Of a stretch of 64,000 bases of DNA, positions 11,596 to 23,643 are shown piece by piece (position 1 is the stretch's first letter; every line of letters starts with the position of its first letter). The stretch is taken from NCBI GenBank assembly GCA_010093815.1, contig ML996570.1. The stretch is one strand, 5' to 3'. Made by a program: the position numbers and the translations under genes. The notes beneath the pieces are model-generated. The model was not told the DNA's origin. It saw only the letters and a program-made list of their open reading frames with translations, and did no database searches. This DNA comes from Pseudovirgaria hyperparasitica. Its lineage: Eukaryota.

Positions 11596-11930
11596 TCGTC
11601 GAGAGTATTCAATTGCGAATTTTCATACCGATTGCCAATGTCGGGGTATAATATCGGGTATCCATCGACGAACGTCCATTCCAACCGTAACTCTTGGATC
11701 AATATCTCGAGTGTCCGTCTGCGATTATCCGTTCCGATTGCGGCTGTTGGATCAAAACGTCGAGTATCCGTCGACGAATAACCTAGTCCAATCATGGCTG
11801 CCATTTCAATATCTCAAGTGTCCAGCTGCGACTGTGCATTCCGATCGTGGCTGTCGAATCTATATTTCTGTTCTTCGTTTGCGAAGATCATTTCCAGATG
11901 CCGCTGTCGACGCATTATCTCGAGTCGTTG
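11596..11930. repeat. Degenerate tandem array, about 53-nt unit, about 6 copies
   Basis: Recurrent tcgagt(a/g)tcc(g/a)tc(g/t)(a/g)cga...ttcc(g/a)at...ggctg...atcaatatc; alternate copies are more alike. Confidence 0.7.
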
Positions 11931-13493
11931 CTACACATCTTTTGACTCTGTACTACACTACTACCATTCGCGAGGACCACCATCTCAAAAGTATCAGAGT
12001 CTCCAATAATCCACCCTCGCGTCAAAGAGAGTCACTCCTCTTAGAAATGTTTCACTCAGAATTAACGAGTCTACCTTATGCGCGTCCTTGTAGCAAGCCA
12101 GATTTTCGACCTTCTCGTTTCCAGTGCGTCATCATTTTCGGCTTCAAGATATTCGCATTTTCAGTCCGTCGTATTCAGCATGTTCATCTTTCTTCCTTAC
12201 ATGGCCCATTTGTCTCCAGCAAGCCCTTGATCCAGTAAGTCAACGTCTTCAACCAGTTAAGTGTCCACAGCGCGTGTTTGTGTTGACAAGAATTGAAGTT
12301 TCTGCCCCTCTATCGTCCTCGTGTTGATGGCAACAGAAACATCTTTTTTTTTTCAAGAAGGCCATAGAAAACGCCACGGCAATAAGAGGTGCTTCATGCA
12401 CAAGATGGAGATGGAGTCAGCGATAAAAGTGCTTCAGTTGAGGTAGAGGTTGAAGGCTGATGTCGAAGGTCGACGTCGGCCAAGACTGCGTAGCGCCTTC
12501 GCTAGATGGATGACTACAACCTACCTGCCTATTACTTCCACGGATGGTCAGTACACCACTAATAACACTAATTACCTATAAGCGGGACGACGTACGTTTA
12601 TCTAGAAAACCACGTTTCACGTCCAACTGCTACTATCTGCAGTCTGTGACTGGCGCAAAACGAACTATGAAACGGCCTGGAACGACGACTGTAGAAAAAG
12701 ATCCTGACAGCTCGACACTCATCAGAGCTGTATACAGCGGCGAATGTGCAAGCTGGCTCTGGTGCATCAAATTCTGGTATGTACTGATCATGCAGCAAGA
12801 CGCAACCTTGACGATTGATAATAGCGGCGAAAACACCGGTGCTTCTCCCGAATCCCAATATCACGATGATTAATCAGGTATTCTTGAGGGCGGTTCTGCG
12901 CAATGCGGTACACGATCGTAGGAGAGCAAGATTTGATGGTAATGGTGATGGTCTTGTGGTTGAGGCCAATAATGTGGCTTGGACGTCTCGGAAATGTTGA
13001 AACACCTCACGGCATTACTTCGGAATGAAGTTGGCGGGTCAGCGTTGTCAATAACAACTTAAATTATAATGGAACTGATGAAGCGCCGTGGAGTCATGTG
13101 TTTATCCAGAGGTCTAATATACGAAAACATTGGTTCTATTTAATGATAGTGCCTATGCGGGGGCACATCGGCGATCTACGACTTCTGAACTGTAGCGATT
13201 AGGTATCCCCAGCGAGGTCACGTGCTTAATCACAGGATCTTTACAAATGTTTCTCCCCACTTTTTATCTGATCTACCATACGGCAATTGGCTATCCCAGT
13301 ACCCTTGGTAATTCGTGGCATTTATATTGGTCCAATTGCAAGCCCAAATTTTACTGGCTGATTATTGCTTGCCTTGTAGAAACCCAGTCTGAGAAACATC
13401 CATAAGATAAGCTACTTGTTCTTCCAATTATCAGGTAACGTATAAACTGCATAAATGCTCGACTTGTCGCTCGTCCTTCAGGCAACACTAAAC

Positions 13494-14414
13494 TCAGACC
13501 GAAATCGTAGACTGCTTGAACTTGATGACAGTCGGCACATCCTCTAGTGCAGTAGGACCCGTTGGGGTCCAACCAAGTCGTTCCTGTGTGCTCGCACTTG
13601 ATATGGGATTATCTGCACTCACTCCGAACGCGATCCATCCAAAATGCTCCTGTAATTCATCTTGAGTCAAGCCTTTTAGAGGAACGTCAAGGTGCTTGCT
13701 GATCTCGGCCGCGATGTCTTTGATCGCGACTCCCTCCTCGGCCACAGCATGGAAAGTCGATCCAGGCTCCGCTCTCTCAATTGCCATACGGTACAGTTTC
13801 GCAACGTCATTGCGATGACAGGCACTCCACCTATTGTTGTATTCGCTTGCGTACGCCGAAATTCCCTTTTGAAGCGCTGCATCTACGAGATATCCCATGA
13901 GTCCTGACTGTCCTTCACCGTGGGCGGTAGGAGGGATCCGCACGGCACTGGCGCGTATGCCCTTGTTCGCGTATGCCAAACACACTGGTTCTGAAGCACC
14001 TCGGACTGAGAGCATTGAATTGGTCATGTCAGGACCATCTTCCTCCCGACCGACCTTGCCATGCTGTAGCATCATTGTGGCAGTAGTGCTAACAAGGGCC
14101 TTATCACCTCCTGCAGACACCAATGCATCTCCCATGGCAGTGATTGCAGCACGGTCCTTGGCGCAGCATCCTTCAATATCGGCGAAATCCAAGATGAATG
14201 CGAGGTGGATGACCGCGTCACACTTGGAGGCTGCGTCTGCTAAGAGATCGAGGTCCTCGATAGTACCACGGAGGCTCTCTGCACCTTGTGATTCCACTTG
14301 ATTAGCTCCATCGTCACTCCGTACGAGACCGAGAACTGTGTGTCCTGCTGAGAGAAGTTCGTCAACGACAGCTGAGCCGATGAAGCCAGTGGCACCTGTG
14401 ACGAACACGCGCAT
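13494..14414 (-). CDS. NAD-dependent epimerase/dehydratase (atypical SDR, YLL056C-like)
   Basis: Starts MRVFVTGATGFIGS (Rossmann motif); AVIHLAF; WSACHRNDVAKLYR; 306 aa, intronless. Confidence 0.9.
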   Translation of the reverse strand: MRVFVTGATGFIGSAVVDELLSAGHTVLGLVRSDDGANQVESQGAESLRGTIEDLDLLADAASKCDAVIHLAFILDFADIEGCCAKDRAAITAMGDALVSAGGDKALVSTTATMMLQHGKVGREEDGPDMTNSMLSVRGASEPVCLAYANKGIRASAVRIPPTAHGEGQSGLMGYLVDAALQKGISAYASEYNNRWSACHRNDVAKLYRMAIERAEPGSTFHAVAEEGVAIKDIAAEISKHLDVPLKGLTQDELQEHFGWIAFGVSADNPISSASTQERLGWTPTGPTALEDVPTVIKFKQSTISV

Positions 14415-15050
14415 GTTGATTTCAAAGAAGGGGATCAGATGTAGAGGTATCTCAAGTAAAGCTGACAGTTTGCAGGAAATAGCTGAGGATTTGCTTGCGA
14501 GACTGATTTGCAAAATGGCTGGCCGACTACGTCTTATATACTTAAATCGGACCAAGTGTTAGAGTGTAATCGGAAGCTTTTGACTCCGTATGGTAGCTGT
14601 GCCGCTGATGAGGCTGAAATAGCTCGATGAAATCATCGAATACAACAGACTCAGCATACTCGTCCACTCACGCGAGGTCGTATCCAGCATACATACTAGT
14701 TTCGGGCTTGACAAAGAAGACCATCCTATCAGGCAAGTCAGTAGCCGGATCTCACATCAGCTACCCAGTAGTGCTGCATGATTTGGAGCCATTATTGAAG
14801 CCATCATTAAAGCCATTTATGTCAGGGAACAACCCATGATGCATCTTCACTCCACACTATAATTAGCCAATCACAAGCGATTGTACCCGGATGGAGGACT
14901 AGTGGAGAGACTAGTTGGGTCGGCACGACCGGGGTTTGGCCTTCTTTCAACGTTACAATCACTCGGGTGCTTGACGATAATCAGGTAAACTCTGCAACTC
15001 TTCTCTCACGGGATGACTGTGCAGTGGAAGTGTCTGAAGAAACACTCGCG

Positions 15051-16338
15051 ATGGGTCCCCGGAGATCAAGATACGGCTGCCGGAATTGTAAGCTGAGGAA
15101 GACTAAGGTATGACGCCATATGCAACACGTCGACACATTCGTACCTGCCTAGATGATGCTCATCATTCTTCCTATGCTGTATAGTGCGATGAAAAGACAC
15201 CACAATGTGGCAACTGCCGCAAATTTGGGGTAGTCTGCAATTTCGACTTCAAGGTTCCAGATCTCTTGCCGTTAGTTCAGAATCGAACGAAACAGAGAGA
15301 AGGCCATTCCAAGACGTTGTTACTAGAGCTCCCACTCAGTAGTGGTATGTGGGTCTCGTGTGGATCAGACACCTTCTCATTGGATCTGCATGATCAAGAA
15401 CTCTTCCATCGATTTAGATACCGAACTCTTTCCTCGCTTTGGGGCCTTTCTGCGGGACATGTTTGCGCAGATCGAACATTTGGCGACTGCTTGAACGTAA
15501 GTCTAGTTTCTTACTCACAGTATTATTCGCCTTACAGGTAGTGTACTTCATTGCTTACTTGATGTTCTAGTATGGGTTCCTTATGCATGCCGTCCTGGCC
15601 GTGTCAGCCCTGCACGACCGCTATCTAGGCGTCCAAACAGTGCACTACCAACCCGTCCGTCAGGCCTATCACCTGTCACGAAGCATCGCTCTTTTCAGAG
15701 ATTCACTCACCAACACCATTGGAGAGGCCCAGAAAGACGCTGTGTGGGCCACTGCTGTTTTCCTGGCCATTCTTACCATGTCCTCCACAGTTGTCTCGTC
15801 TCCTTCGGAGTGTTGGCCACTAACATCATCCGACTCCTCCACCGTCGAGTGGCTCCGGCTGAAGGCTAGCGACAAAGCATTGTGGACCATTGCGGATCCT
15901 CTACGGGCAGACAGTGCGTTCTCTACTATGTCAGATACTCTGTCGCAGATGAAGCAAGAACTTCCTGCCAAAGGCATCAGCGGTATGCCCGCTCGACTTG
16001 CACAAGCCTGCCATCTCAACGAGAAATCCACTGAAGAAACAAATCCCTACTTTCTGTTTGCACATGGTCTCTCTAGGCTCATTGGAGAGCCTCAAGGTGA
16101 AGCCTCCTTAGGTGTCGCTTTCATACCAATAAACAGCATGTCTCCTACTTTTCGCACATTGCTTGAAGATAAAGATCCTGTGGCACTGTTACTCCTTTGC
16201 TTGTGGTATACGAGGGCCCGACATTGTAAGTGGTGGATTGAGTTTCGAGCTCGACATGCGGTTCCGTCGATCTGTGCCTACCTTCAGCACAATCATGCGG
16301 ACCTCGACGCTGTGGAGATGCTTGTGCTTGTCAGTTAG
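15051..16338 (+). CDS. Zn(II)2Cys6 transcription factor with fungal-specific TF domain (UPC2-like class)
   Basis: RSRYGCRNCKLRKTK|CDEKTPQCGNC split by intron 15108-15184; second intron 15497-15570; FLMHAVLAVSALH motif; divergent from the SDR. Confidence 0.88.
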
Positions 16339-17415
16339 TATCTCGCATGCGCCGCTGCTCCCGTGTGTGGAGTTGTGCTGCTCATCGTTGTTTGGTCGCC
16401 GTGAGCGCTATCGCACACGCAGAGCAGATGCGGGGTTCTTTTTGTTGTGGGTGAGGTTGTTTACACGCTCGCGACTCTATCTTACGGCCCTGTGATTGTC
16501 TGTTTGCCTGGATGTGGTCAGAGCTATCTCGATATCATGCAGATGCCAGTGGGAGAAAAAAAAACGACTGTTCATATACTATGCGCATTCATTTCATTTA
16601 TGTCTAGAGACACTCCTGCCATAGAAGCGTGCGTGCTATTCTTACAGAGCGCAGCCGTTTCATCAGCGAAGCGGGAAGAGACAAGTTGTTCAGAAATATG
16701 GGCGTGAAGCGCTTGTAGAAGTAATTCTAATAGTGAAATGGTTATGCGTGACAGAAAGTTATCCCAGTCTCCACGTCGGGCGAGATAATGTGAATCAGCG
16801 TGTCAGGTTGTAGTGAGCCCATTGTGGGAAACTTTTCTGCCATCGCCAAGCCAGATGGCTTGGCGATAGAGCGGCAGAGAGTTCAGCTTCGACGTCAAGA
16901 CAAAGACGCATTGAATCTATGGACTTACTGAAGATTGAGGATCAATGTGCTATGAGATTCAGAAGAATATATTGTAGACAAGGGTGTTGAAAACGAAGAC
17001 ACGGTGCTGCGCAGAACACGAGACGCGCTACAGACGAGAAGGATGAAAACGTGGACTCGATGCGATATTCATTGGACTTTTGATCGCTGGGCATACTCGA
17101 GGTGTATCGCGCAGCTGAGAGTTAAGTCAATAGGTTAAGTACGTTTGATTGCCATAAAGATACCGCTTGGAATCTTGGGGCTTGTAGTACAGATATACAG
17201 AATATACAGGTCGTGATACTAAAGGAGAATTATGAGTTGTTTCGCTTGAAGTTCAACATCGGAGCCAACTCCGTAGCCGGACTCAGATATACGCAGTCAC
17301 ACACGTGACTTTGTGGACTCGCTTAACCCTTTCTGGGGAGAGATCTGCATCGCTTTTGCCTACTAGTCATCTGCCATTCATAGTGTTTTCAAATCTTGAA
17401 TCAGGAAATTGAGCA

Positions 17416-17487
17416 GCCCGCGTAGCCCAATGGTAGGGCGCAAGACTTCTAATCTTGAGGCTGCGGGTTCGAGTCCCGCCGTGGGTG
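17416..17487 (+). tRNA. tRNA-Arg (anticodon UCU), intronless
   Basis: Acceptor GCCCGCG/CGTGGGT, anticodon arm CAAGA-CTTCTAA-TCTTG, T-arm GGTTCGAGTCCC, followed by T runs (Pol III terminator). Confidence 0.95.
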
Positions 17488-17846
17488 TTTTGTTTTTTTA
17501 TTTTTCGATTTCCATTTTTTTGATTAAGCGAGCGATTCGGTGACGTCTGATTGGTCGATTAGCCGAGTTATTGCTTTTCGACGTTGTGTGATACGGCTCT
17601 GAACACGATTCCAATGCTCAGCGACGCTTTTATGCAGCTTAACGATAGATGTGTAATAGTAATAAGATTTCATATTCTACGTCCATAGCGCTACATCTGA
17701 GTCGGTTTACATTTTACCCTACCGCTCATCTAGAACGACAGCGTCACAGCTGTGGCTCTACGCCAAGAATGATTTGAGAAGAAAAGATCTCCTGGGGTTA
17801 CTATTCTCACACTTTGCCATGTACTCGTCAAAGTAATAGTAGTACG

Positions 17847-19640
17847 TCAGAGTCCTTCACGATTCAGAGCCTGTCCCCGTGAGAACAACGCAGCGATGCT
17901 GGCGACAGTCGCAAAAACCACAGATGCTATGAGCGAACACTGAATGCCTTGGTGATATACTTGGCGTGCAGCTACTTGAACGTCGACTGGCAGAGAATGG
18001 AGGTAGGAGACGGAATGTCGAATGTTATCGATTATCTGGTAGGTGATCAGTATGACTTCGTTACTATTTACAGATATCGAAGCGGGAAAATGTGCAAGTT
18101 AGGGGTCAATGTTCTGAGAGATCGTACTGTCCTTTTATCATCTACTTCACTCAGAGCCGCTGGCAAGCGGCTCGTGAGCGTATTCTGTGTGATCAGCTGT
18201 GTGATGGCCACGCCATAGACCCAGCCGAGGGAGCGGACAAGGTAGACTGTTGAAGATGACACTGCGTGGTCTATACTAGTCAGCTGTAGATGTCACATTA
18301 CGAAACGTTCATTACTTACCTGTGTGATCGAATGCAGCCATATATGTAAATAAGATGCCTGGATATACGATCCCCTGACCAAGGTTCGCAGGAAACAAGA
18401 ACACAATATACTTCCAACCAGCTTCGCGAAACCTGAACGATGCAACCAAGCTATTTCCAATTGCCATCAGTCCTGTGCCAATTCGAACAAGTAGCGCCAA
18501 TTTGCCCCAACGTGACATCACGATGCCTGAGATCAAGCCTCCTAGAGGACTAGCAACCGACGGAACAATGAGTCGAGCACCAGCCTTCGAGGCAGACTCG
18601 CCTAGCACAGCTTGGAAATACAAAGGGACCTGAAACAGAAACGCATACGCCGCCATTCCAACGAACAAATTCGAAATCTGCGTCGCAACAGGCGATATAC
18701 CGCGAAACATACGTAGTGGCATGATAGGCATAGCTTTCGTGCTGGCTTCAACTCGAATGAATAGCGCCATAATGACAAGACTGCCGAGCAGTGAGGCAAT
18801 GACCCATGGACTGAGCCACGGGAGATCATTCCCACCCAGTCCCAAGCCGACGAGCTGCAGCGAAAGTCCAGCGATCAAGAGCAGCGCACCACTAAAGTCA
18901 ACCTTCTCCCACAACTGCTGCCAAGAGTCCGAGACTGGTGCACCAGGTCCTTCTTCCGGGTTTGGAAGCACAAAGAAGCCAAGCACGCATGCCGCCACAG
19001 AGATCGGAACCTGGAGAAGAAAACACCATCGCCAACCGACCTGATCAGCAACGAGGCCCCCCAGGGACGCACCACAAATGGACCCAACACCGTGTGTGAC
19101 ATTCTGAGCCGCCTGATACATGCCACGCTCCCGGAACGGGATCATGTCGCTGTTGACAATAGTAGCCATAGTCATGAGGCCTGCGCCACCGACTCCCTGG
19201 ACGAGTCGAGCGGCTATAAACAACTGCACACTTGGCGCAAACGAACACGCCAGACTTCCGAGTCCAAACGTCGTCGCGGCAGCGAAGAAGCCTGCGCGTC
19301 GGCCAAAAATGTCGGAGAAACGACCGTACAACGGTTGGAATGTCGTGAATGTAATGAGATAGGAGGTGGTGAGCCATGATGCTATGTTCACGGCGTTGTA
19401 TTCAGATCCAATTTTCGCCCATGTTGAGGCTGTGACAGTGCTGTCAAAGCCAGCGAGAAAGACGTTGCTGAAGATGGCGACTTGAATGAGTAGAAAGCCG
19501 CGGGGCGATGTCCACCTTTTCTTGATGAGAGACGTTGACTCATCCCCTTGCTCTTCGTCTACGCTACCTTGTGAAAGGTCCGATGGACGTTCGTTGAATA
19601 CTGGCATGCTTACTTGGTTCATAGTTAGACGCGATCCCAT
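17847..19640 (-). CDS. MFS transporter, 14-TMS DHA2/Vba-like
   Basis: FLAGFDSTV, QPLYGRFSDIFGRR, GWRWCFLLQVP motifs; introns 18319-18271 and 18127-18036; stop at 17847. Confidence 0.88.
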
Positions 19641-19688
19641 AGATCAAATACCATGGCCAGCAGTACTCATATTAGAATGCCGAGGTAG

Positions 19689-20249
19689 GAGGGTTTCTCA
19701 AGGGTCCAGTGTATTTTAGTTTTCTGAACGTTCTAAACAAAGACTTACTAAGTAATCATGTAGTTAATAGTTTAGCCGAAGTAATATCCGGTACCCTTCT
19801 ATCCGCCTCTTATTCTCCTCACTCTCTCCCTCTCTCTACCTCTCTTCCTCTTCCCCCCTCTCTCTATTATACGTGTTTTTTACTAATTTTGACCTAGTAG
19901 GCTTCAAAAAAACACTCATTACACGTGTTTTTGACTGATTTTGACCTTGTACGCCTCAAAACACCACTGATTACACGTGCTTTTGATTGATTTTGACTGA
20001 TTTTAACTGATTTTGACCTTGTAGGCTTCAAAACAACACTGATTACACGTGTTTTTGACTGATTTTGACCTTTTAAGCTTCAAAACAACACTGATTACAC
20101 GTGTTTTTGACTATTTTTGACCTCATGGGCTACAGATATACACGTGCTTTAAGTTTATTCTATATTACTTAGTAAGATAGCTTAGATATATGGTATGATA
20201 GCCGACTCGTATTATACATATAATACAGCTGGACGCTTGAGAAACCCTC
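19689..20249. mobile_element. Non-autonomous TIR element (Mutator-like MITE), 561 bp, 9-bp TSD
   Basis: Left end GAGGGTTTCTCAAGGGTCCAGTGTATT; right end AATACAGCTGGACGCTTGAGAAACCCTC (inverted); CCGAGGTAG duplicated at 19680-19688 and 20250-20258. Confidence 0.88.
19866..20150. repeat. Minisatellite inside MITE, about 52-nt unit, about 5 copies
   Basis: attacacgtgtttttgactgattttgacc...ttcaaaacaacactg repeated; one copy expanded by ttttgactga units. Confidence 0.88.
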
Positions 20250-20603
20250 CCGAGGTAGAGCTATCTTGGTACTTTAGGAGGTCTTAGAATTACGCTAATT
20301 ATTTTCTAGACTTTGTAGTTTAGCTCTTATAATACTCTGTTTTATTTCATAGACTTCGTAAGAAAAAATTAACAACTTCGTATAATATACTTAGAAGAAT
20401 TAGAAAATAGAGATACTCATTTATCTACTTAATAAATAGTATCACTCACTTTATTATATAACTATAATTATAGTACCTTTTTATTAGGTAGAGGATAGTA
20501 ATCCACTTATATCCATCTCTAATAATCCTTTAGAGGTAGGATTGTAGAAGAGAAAACAAGTCTTCAGATTTGGTAAAAGTAAGCTATATTTTCATTTCTA
20601 ACT

Positions 20604-23348
20604 CTAATCTGACCCCAGTGTGCTACCTGATTGAGCTTCCGCATTTCTATCGCCCCGATCCAGCATCTCTTCATCCGTACCACCGCTCCTGGTATCCTGA
20701 TCCTCATTCATTTCGTCATCCTTTTCGTCTCTCTCGGCCTGCTTGACTTCTTCCTCGACCGCCGACAGCCTCTCGGCAAACTCTCGTTGCAGCTTTGCCA
20801 GCCAAGCCGAAAGCACAGGACCATCCATGCCGCTGGCCTGGGCCTGCAGCAGGTGTTCCTTGAGGTTCAAGATGAGTTTTCTTCGTCGCTCTTTGACGAC
20901 CGCTACAGACGTCTTTTTGCGTCCTTGTGCGAGCTGCTCCAGCCTTTCTGACACGAATGTTGCACGCTCAATGAGAGTGGGTGGTAGCGCCATTACTCGT
21001 TCGAGAGCGAGACCGTAGTGCTGGACCTGAACAGCGCCTTCCGAGAGCTTGTATAGCATATTCATCTCCTCGTTGGCCTTGATCTCGACAGCGAGATGGA
21101 GGTTGACGACACCGTTACGCTCGGCCATGATCGTGGCGAGATCGCGAAAGTGCGTGGCGAACCAGACAAGTGCGCGGCTGTCGACAAGAGCTTCGGCAAT
21201 GGCAATGGCAATGGCGAGCCCATCGCGGGAGCTGGTGCCTCGACCAAGCTCATCAATGATGGCCATCGACCGTTTGTCAATGTTATGGAGAATGTATGCT
21301 GTTTCACGCATCTCGACAGCAAACGTAGACATGTTTGCTTCGATGGAGTCGTCCAAGGTTACGCGAGCAAAAAGCTGATGAATGATGGGAAAGGAGGCGT
21401 AAGAGGCCGGTACGAACGAGCCTATCTGAGCCATCACTGTCATCAAGGCAACAGAGCGGATATAGGTGCTCTTGCCACTCATATTGCAACCGGTAATGAT
21501 CTGAAAGCGAGTCTGCTGCGTGGCATAGACGTCGTTGGGAACGAATTTGGCGTCTTGAATCTTCTCAAGGATGGGATGGCGACCAGACTTGATTGCCAAG
21601 GTATCAGTGAGCTGGGGACGAACATATTGCTGGGTTATGGCAATGTGCGCCAAGGACGACACCATGTCGAGCATGCTGATGCCCTCACAGATCTTGAACA
21701 GAATCGACATATGGCCCCGAAGCTCCTCGATGAGGTCCTGTATGGCCTTGTCACTCATCAACAAGACCTCTTGGTGAGATTCAGCGATTTTTTGGTTACG
21801 TTTGACCAGATCCAATGTCTGGCACTCAATCATTTGCTTTCTTCGATAGACATTGATAAACACAGGCGGCAGTACACGGTCCTCGAGCTCAGATGTAGGG
21901 ATTTTGATATGGAACTGGCGCAAGTTTTCAAACTTTAGCTCGAGTTGAATCTGATACTCCTCAGCCAGCTGCGCGGCGTGGTCATAAGCGTCATCGTTGG
22001 CTTCCTTGTATGTTTGACGGGCGACATCCAGCAGTCCGTTGATCCCCGACCTGACTGCATATGTCCTTTGATTGCGAAGTTCAAGGGGCTGTTTGGAGTA
22101 AGTGGTATCCTCATTGATCACGGTATCTATGAGTTGGATAAGTGGATCTAGATTCAGCGGGGCGCACAATTCGCAAATGTGGAGAAGCATGGAACTTCGT
22201 GCACTGGCCAGAGCCTCGTAAACTGGATTGACAGCATTGACGAATTGTTTCAGCATGATGATATTATTGATTGACTGTTCCATATGGTGGAGAGACGGCC
22301 GGGTTGGGATTACAATCAGCTATACCGCATTAGCATCATCACAATGTCACGAAATAATCTTACGGCCGTGAGAATCTTGTCAACGTCAAGAAAGCTTTGC
22401 AAGGCGGCCCTGATGCCAAAGAACATGTCTTCTTTGGTAGTGAGTTCCTCAAGCGCGTCGTAACGTATAGTCAAGGTCTCTCGGTCTGTTAGAGGCTGTA
22501 GAATGTTACTTCGCAGGAGTCGTTGACCCATTGGCGTCAATGTTTCATTCAAGAGGCCGAACAGGCAATGCTTGGACTTTGCCTTGTCAATATTCTGAAT
22601 CAGCTCAAGTGAAGTCACGGTGGCCATGTCAATCATCATCGAGCCTTCTGAGGGCTCATACTTGAGGCGAAGAGAATGAAAAGCAAAAGTCTTGGACAAT
22701 CCGAGTTCGAGAAATTTCAGCACCTAGAAGCGGTGATTAGCAGTAGACAGGCACAAAGTCATGGGTGCTCCATACGGCTGCAATGCAGCAAACGGCAAAG
22801 TAATTTCCACCGATGGCGACCTTGATGGACTGTATGTCGTCGACAAAGGCAAGCTGCTGGATATAGTCAAAGCCCGCTGTTTCGGCCCAGTAGCGTCGGT
22901 CGAGCAGGGTAATTTTGCTCTCAAGCACAACCAGGTTTTCTTCAATTATGGCGAACAATTTTGACTTTGGGTTAGCAGCGGTGGAGACGATGAGAATTTC
23001 GGACGGTCTGTAGACACGAAGCTTGTGAATGGTTCGAACATATGTCTGGCTGTCGCAGATCTGACACAAAACAGCTTCGGCAGTGTCCAGGTTGACAAAG
23101 GCGAGACCGACAGTAGGAGAGACACCTCTGGATTCACTAATGGCACACACTACCTGCTGTGCTTCGATACGAGCGAGCGTCGAGGCTCCAGTGCGTGGAC
23201 GGCCGGTACTGGGACGTCTAGCACCGCTCCTTTCGAGACGCGGCTGCGACGTACTAGTAGTCGTAGATTCATCATACGAGTAGGACGGGTATGACGAAGA
23301 GGTTGATGCGCGAGACTGTGACGTGCACGGGAGTCGCTGGTTATTCAT
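20604..23348 (-). CDS. MSH4: MutS homolog 4 (meiotic crossover)
   Basis: VVCAISESRGVSPTVGLAF N-terminal motif, Walker A TGCNMSGKST, IIDELGRGTS, FATHF; introns 22775-22724 and 22363-22320. Confidence 0.93.
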
Positions 23349-23643
23349 GATGGTGGGCAGCTAATGTTTCTTCAAGGCTTTAGGCGATAAAGGGCGGTAA
23401 GTGTGTTGTGGAAATGGATGTGCGTTTGATTACATAATATCGCTTACACGAGTCAGCTGCCAGGTACAGGGCTATATGGGGCCCGAGCTCTGCGAGTACG
23501 AAATCTTGGCGCATACACAAGGCTGGATTTTTATTCTCGTCCGTGTCTCCACAGTCTGGAGGTGGCCATCTATCGCGGCCGACCAACATCCTCCAGCACG
23601 AGATAAGCCTCTACAAAGTCCGCCAAACTTACCGTCACCCGAC

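Noticed and set aside
11130..11600. TnpB/Fanzor nuclease downstream of the recombinase-like gene
   Set aside because: No RuvC-like motifs or long ORF visible in the plus-strand frames examined or in the ORF track.
12000..13100. Short ORFs on both strands between the 53-nt array and the SDR
   Set aside because: Possibly a decayed gene, but no family motif or consistent frame could be supported.
23401..23643. N-terminal extension of RSA4 in the ORF track
   Set aside because: Begins at a GTG in the shared promoter; the conserved Rsa4 N-terminus starts at ATG 23644.
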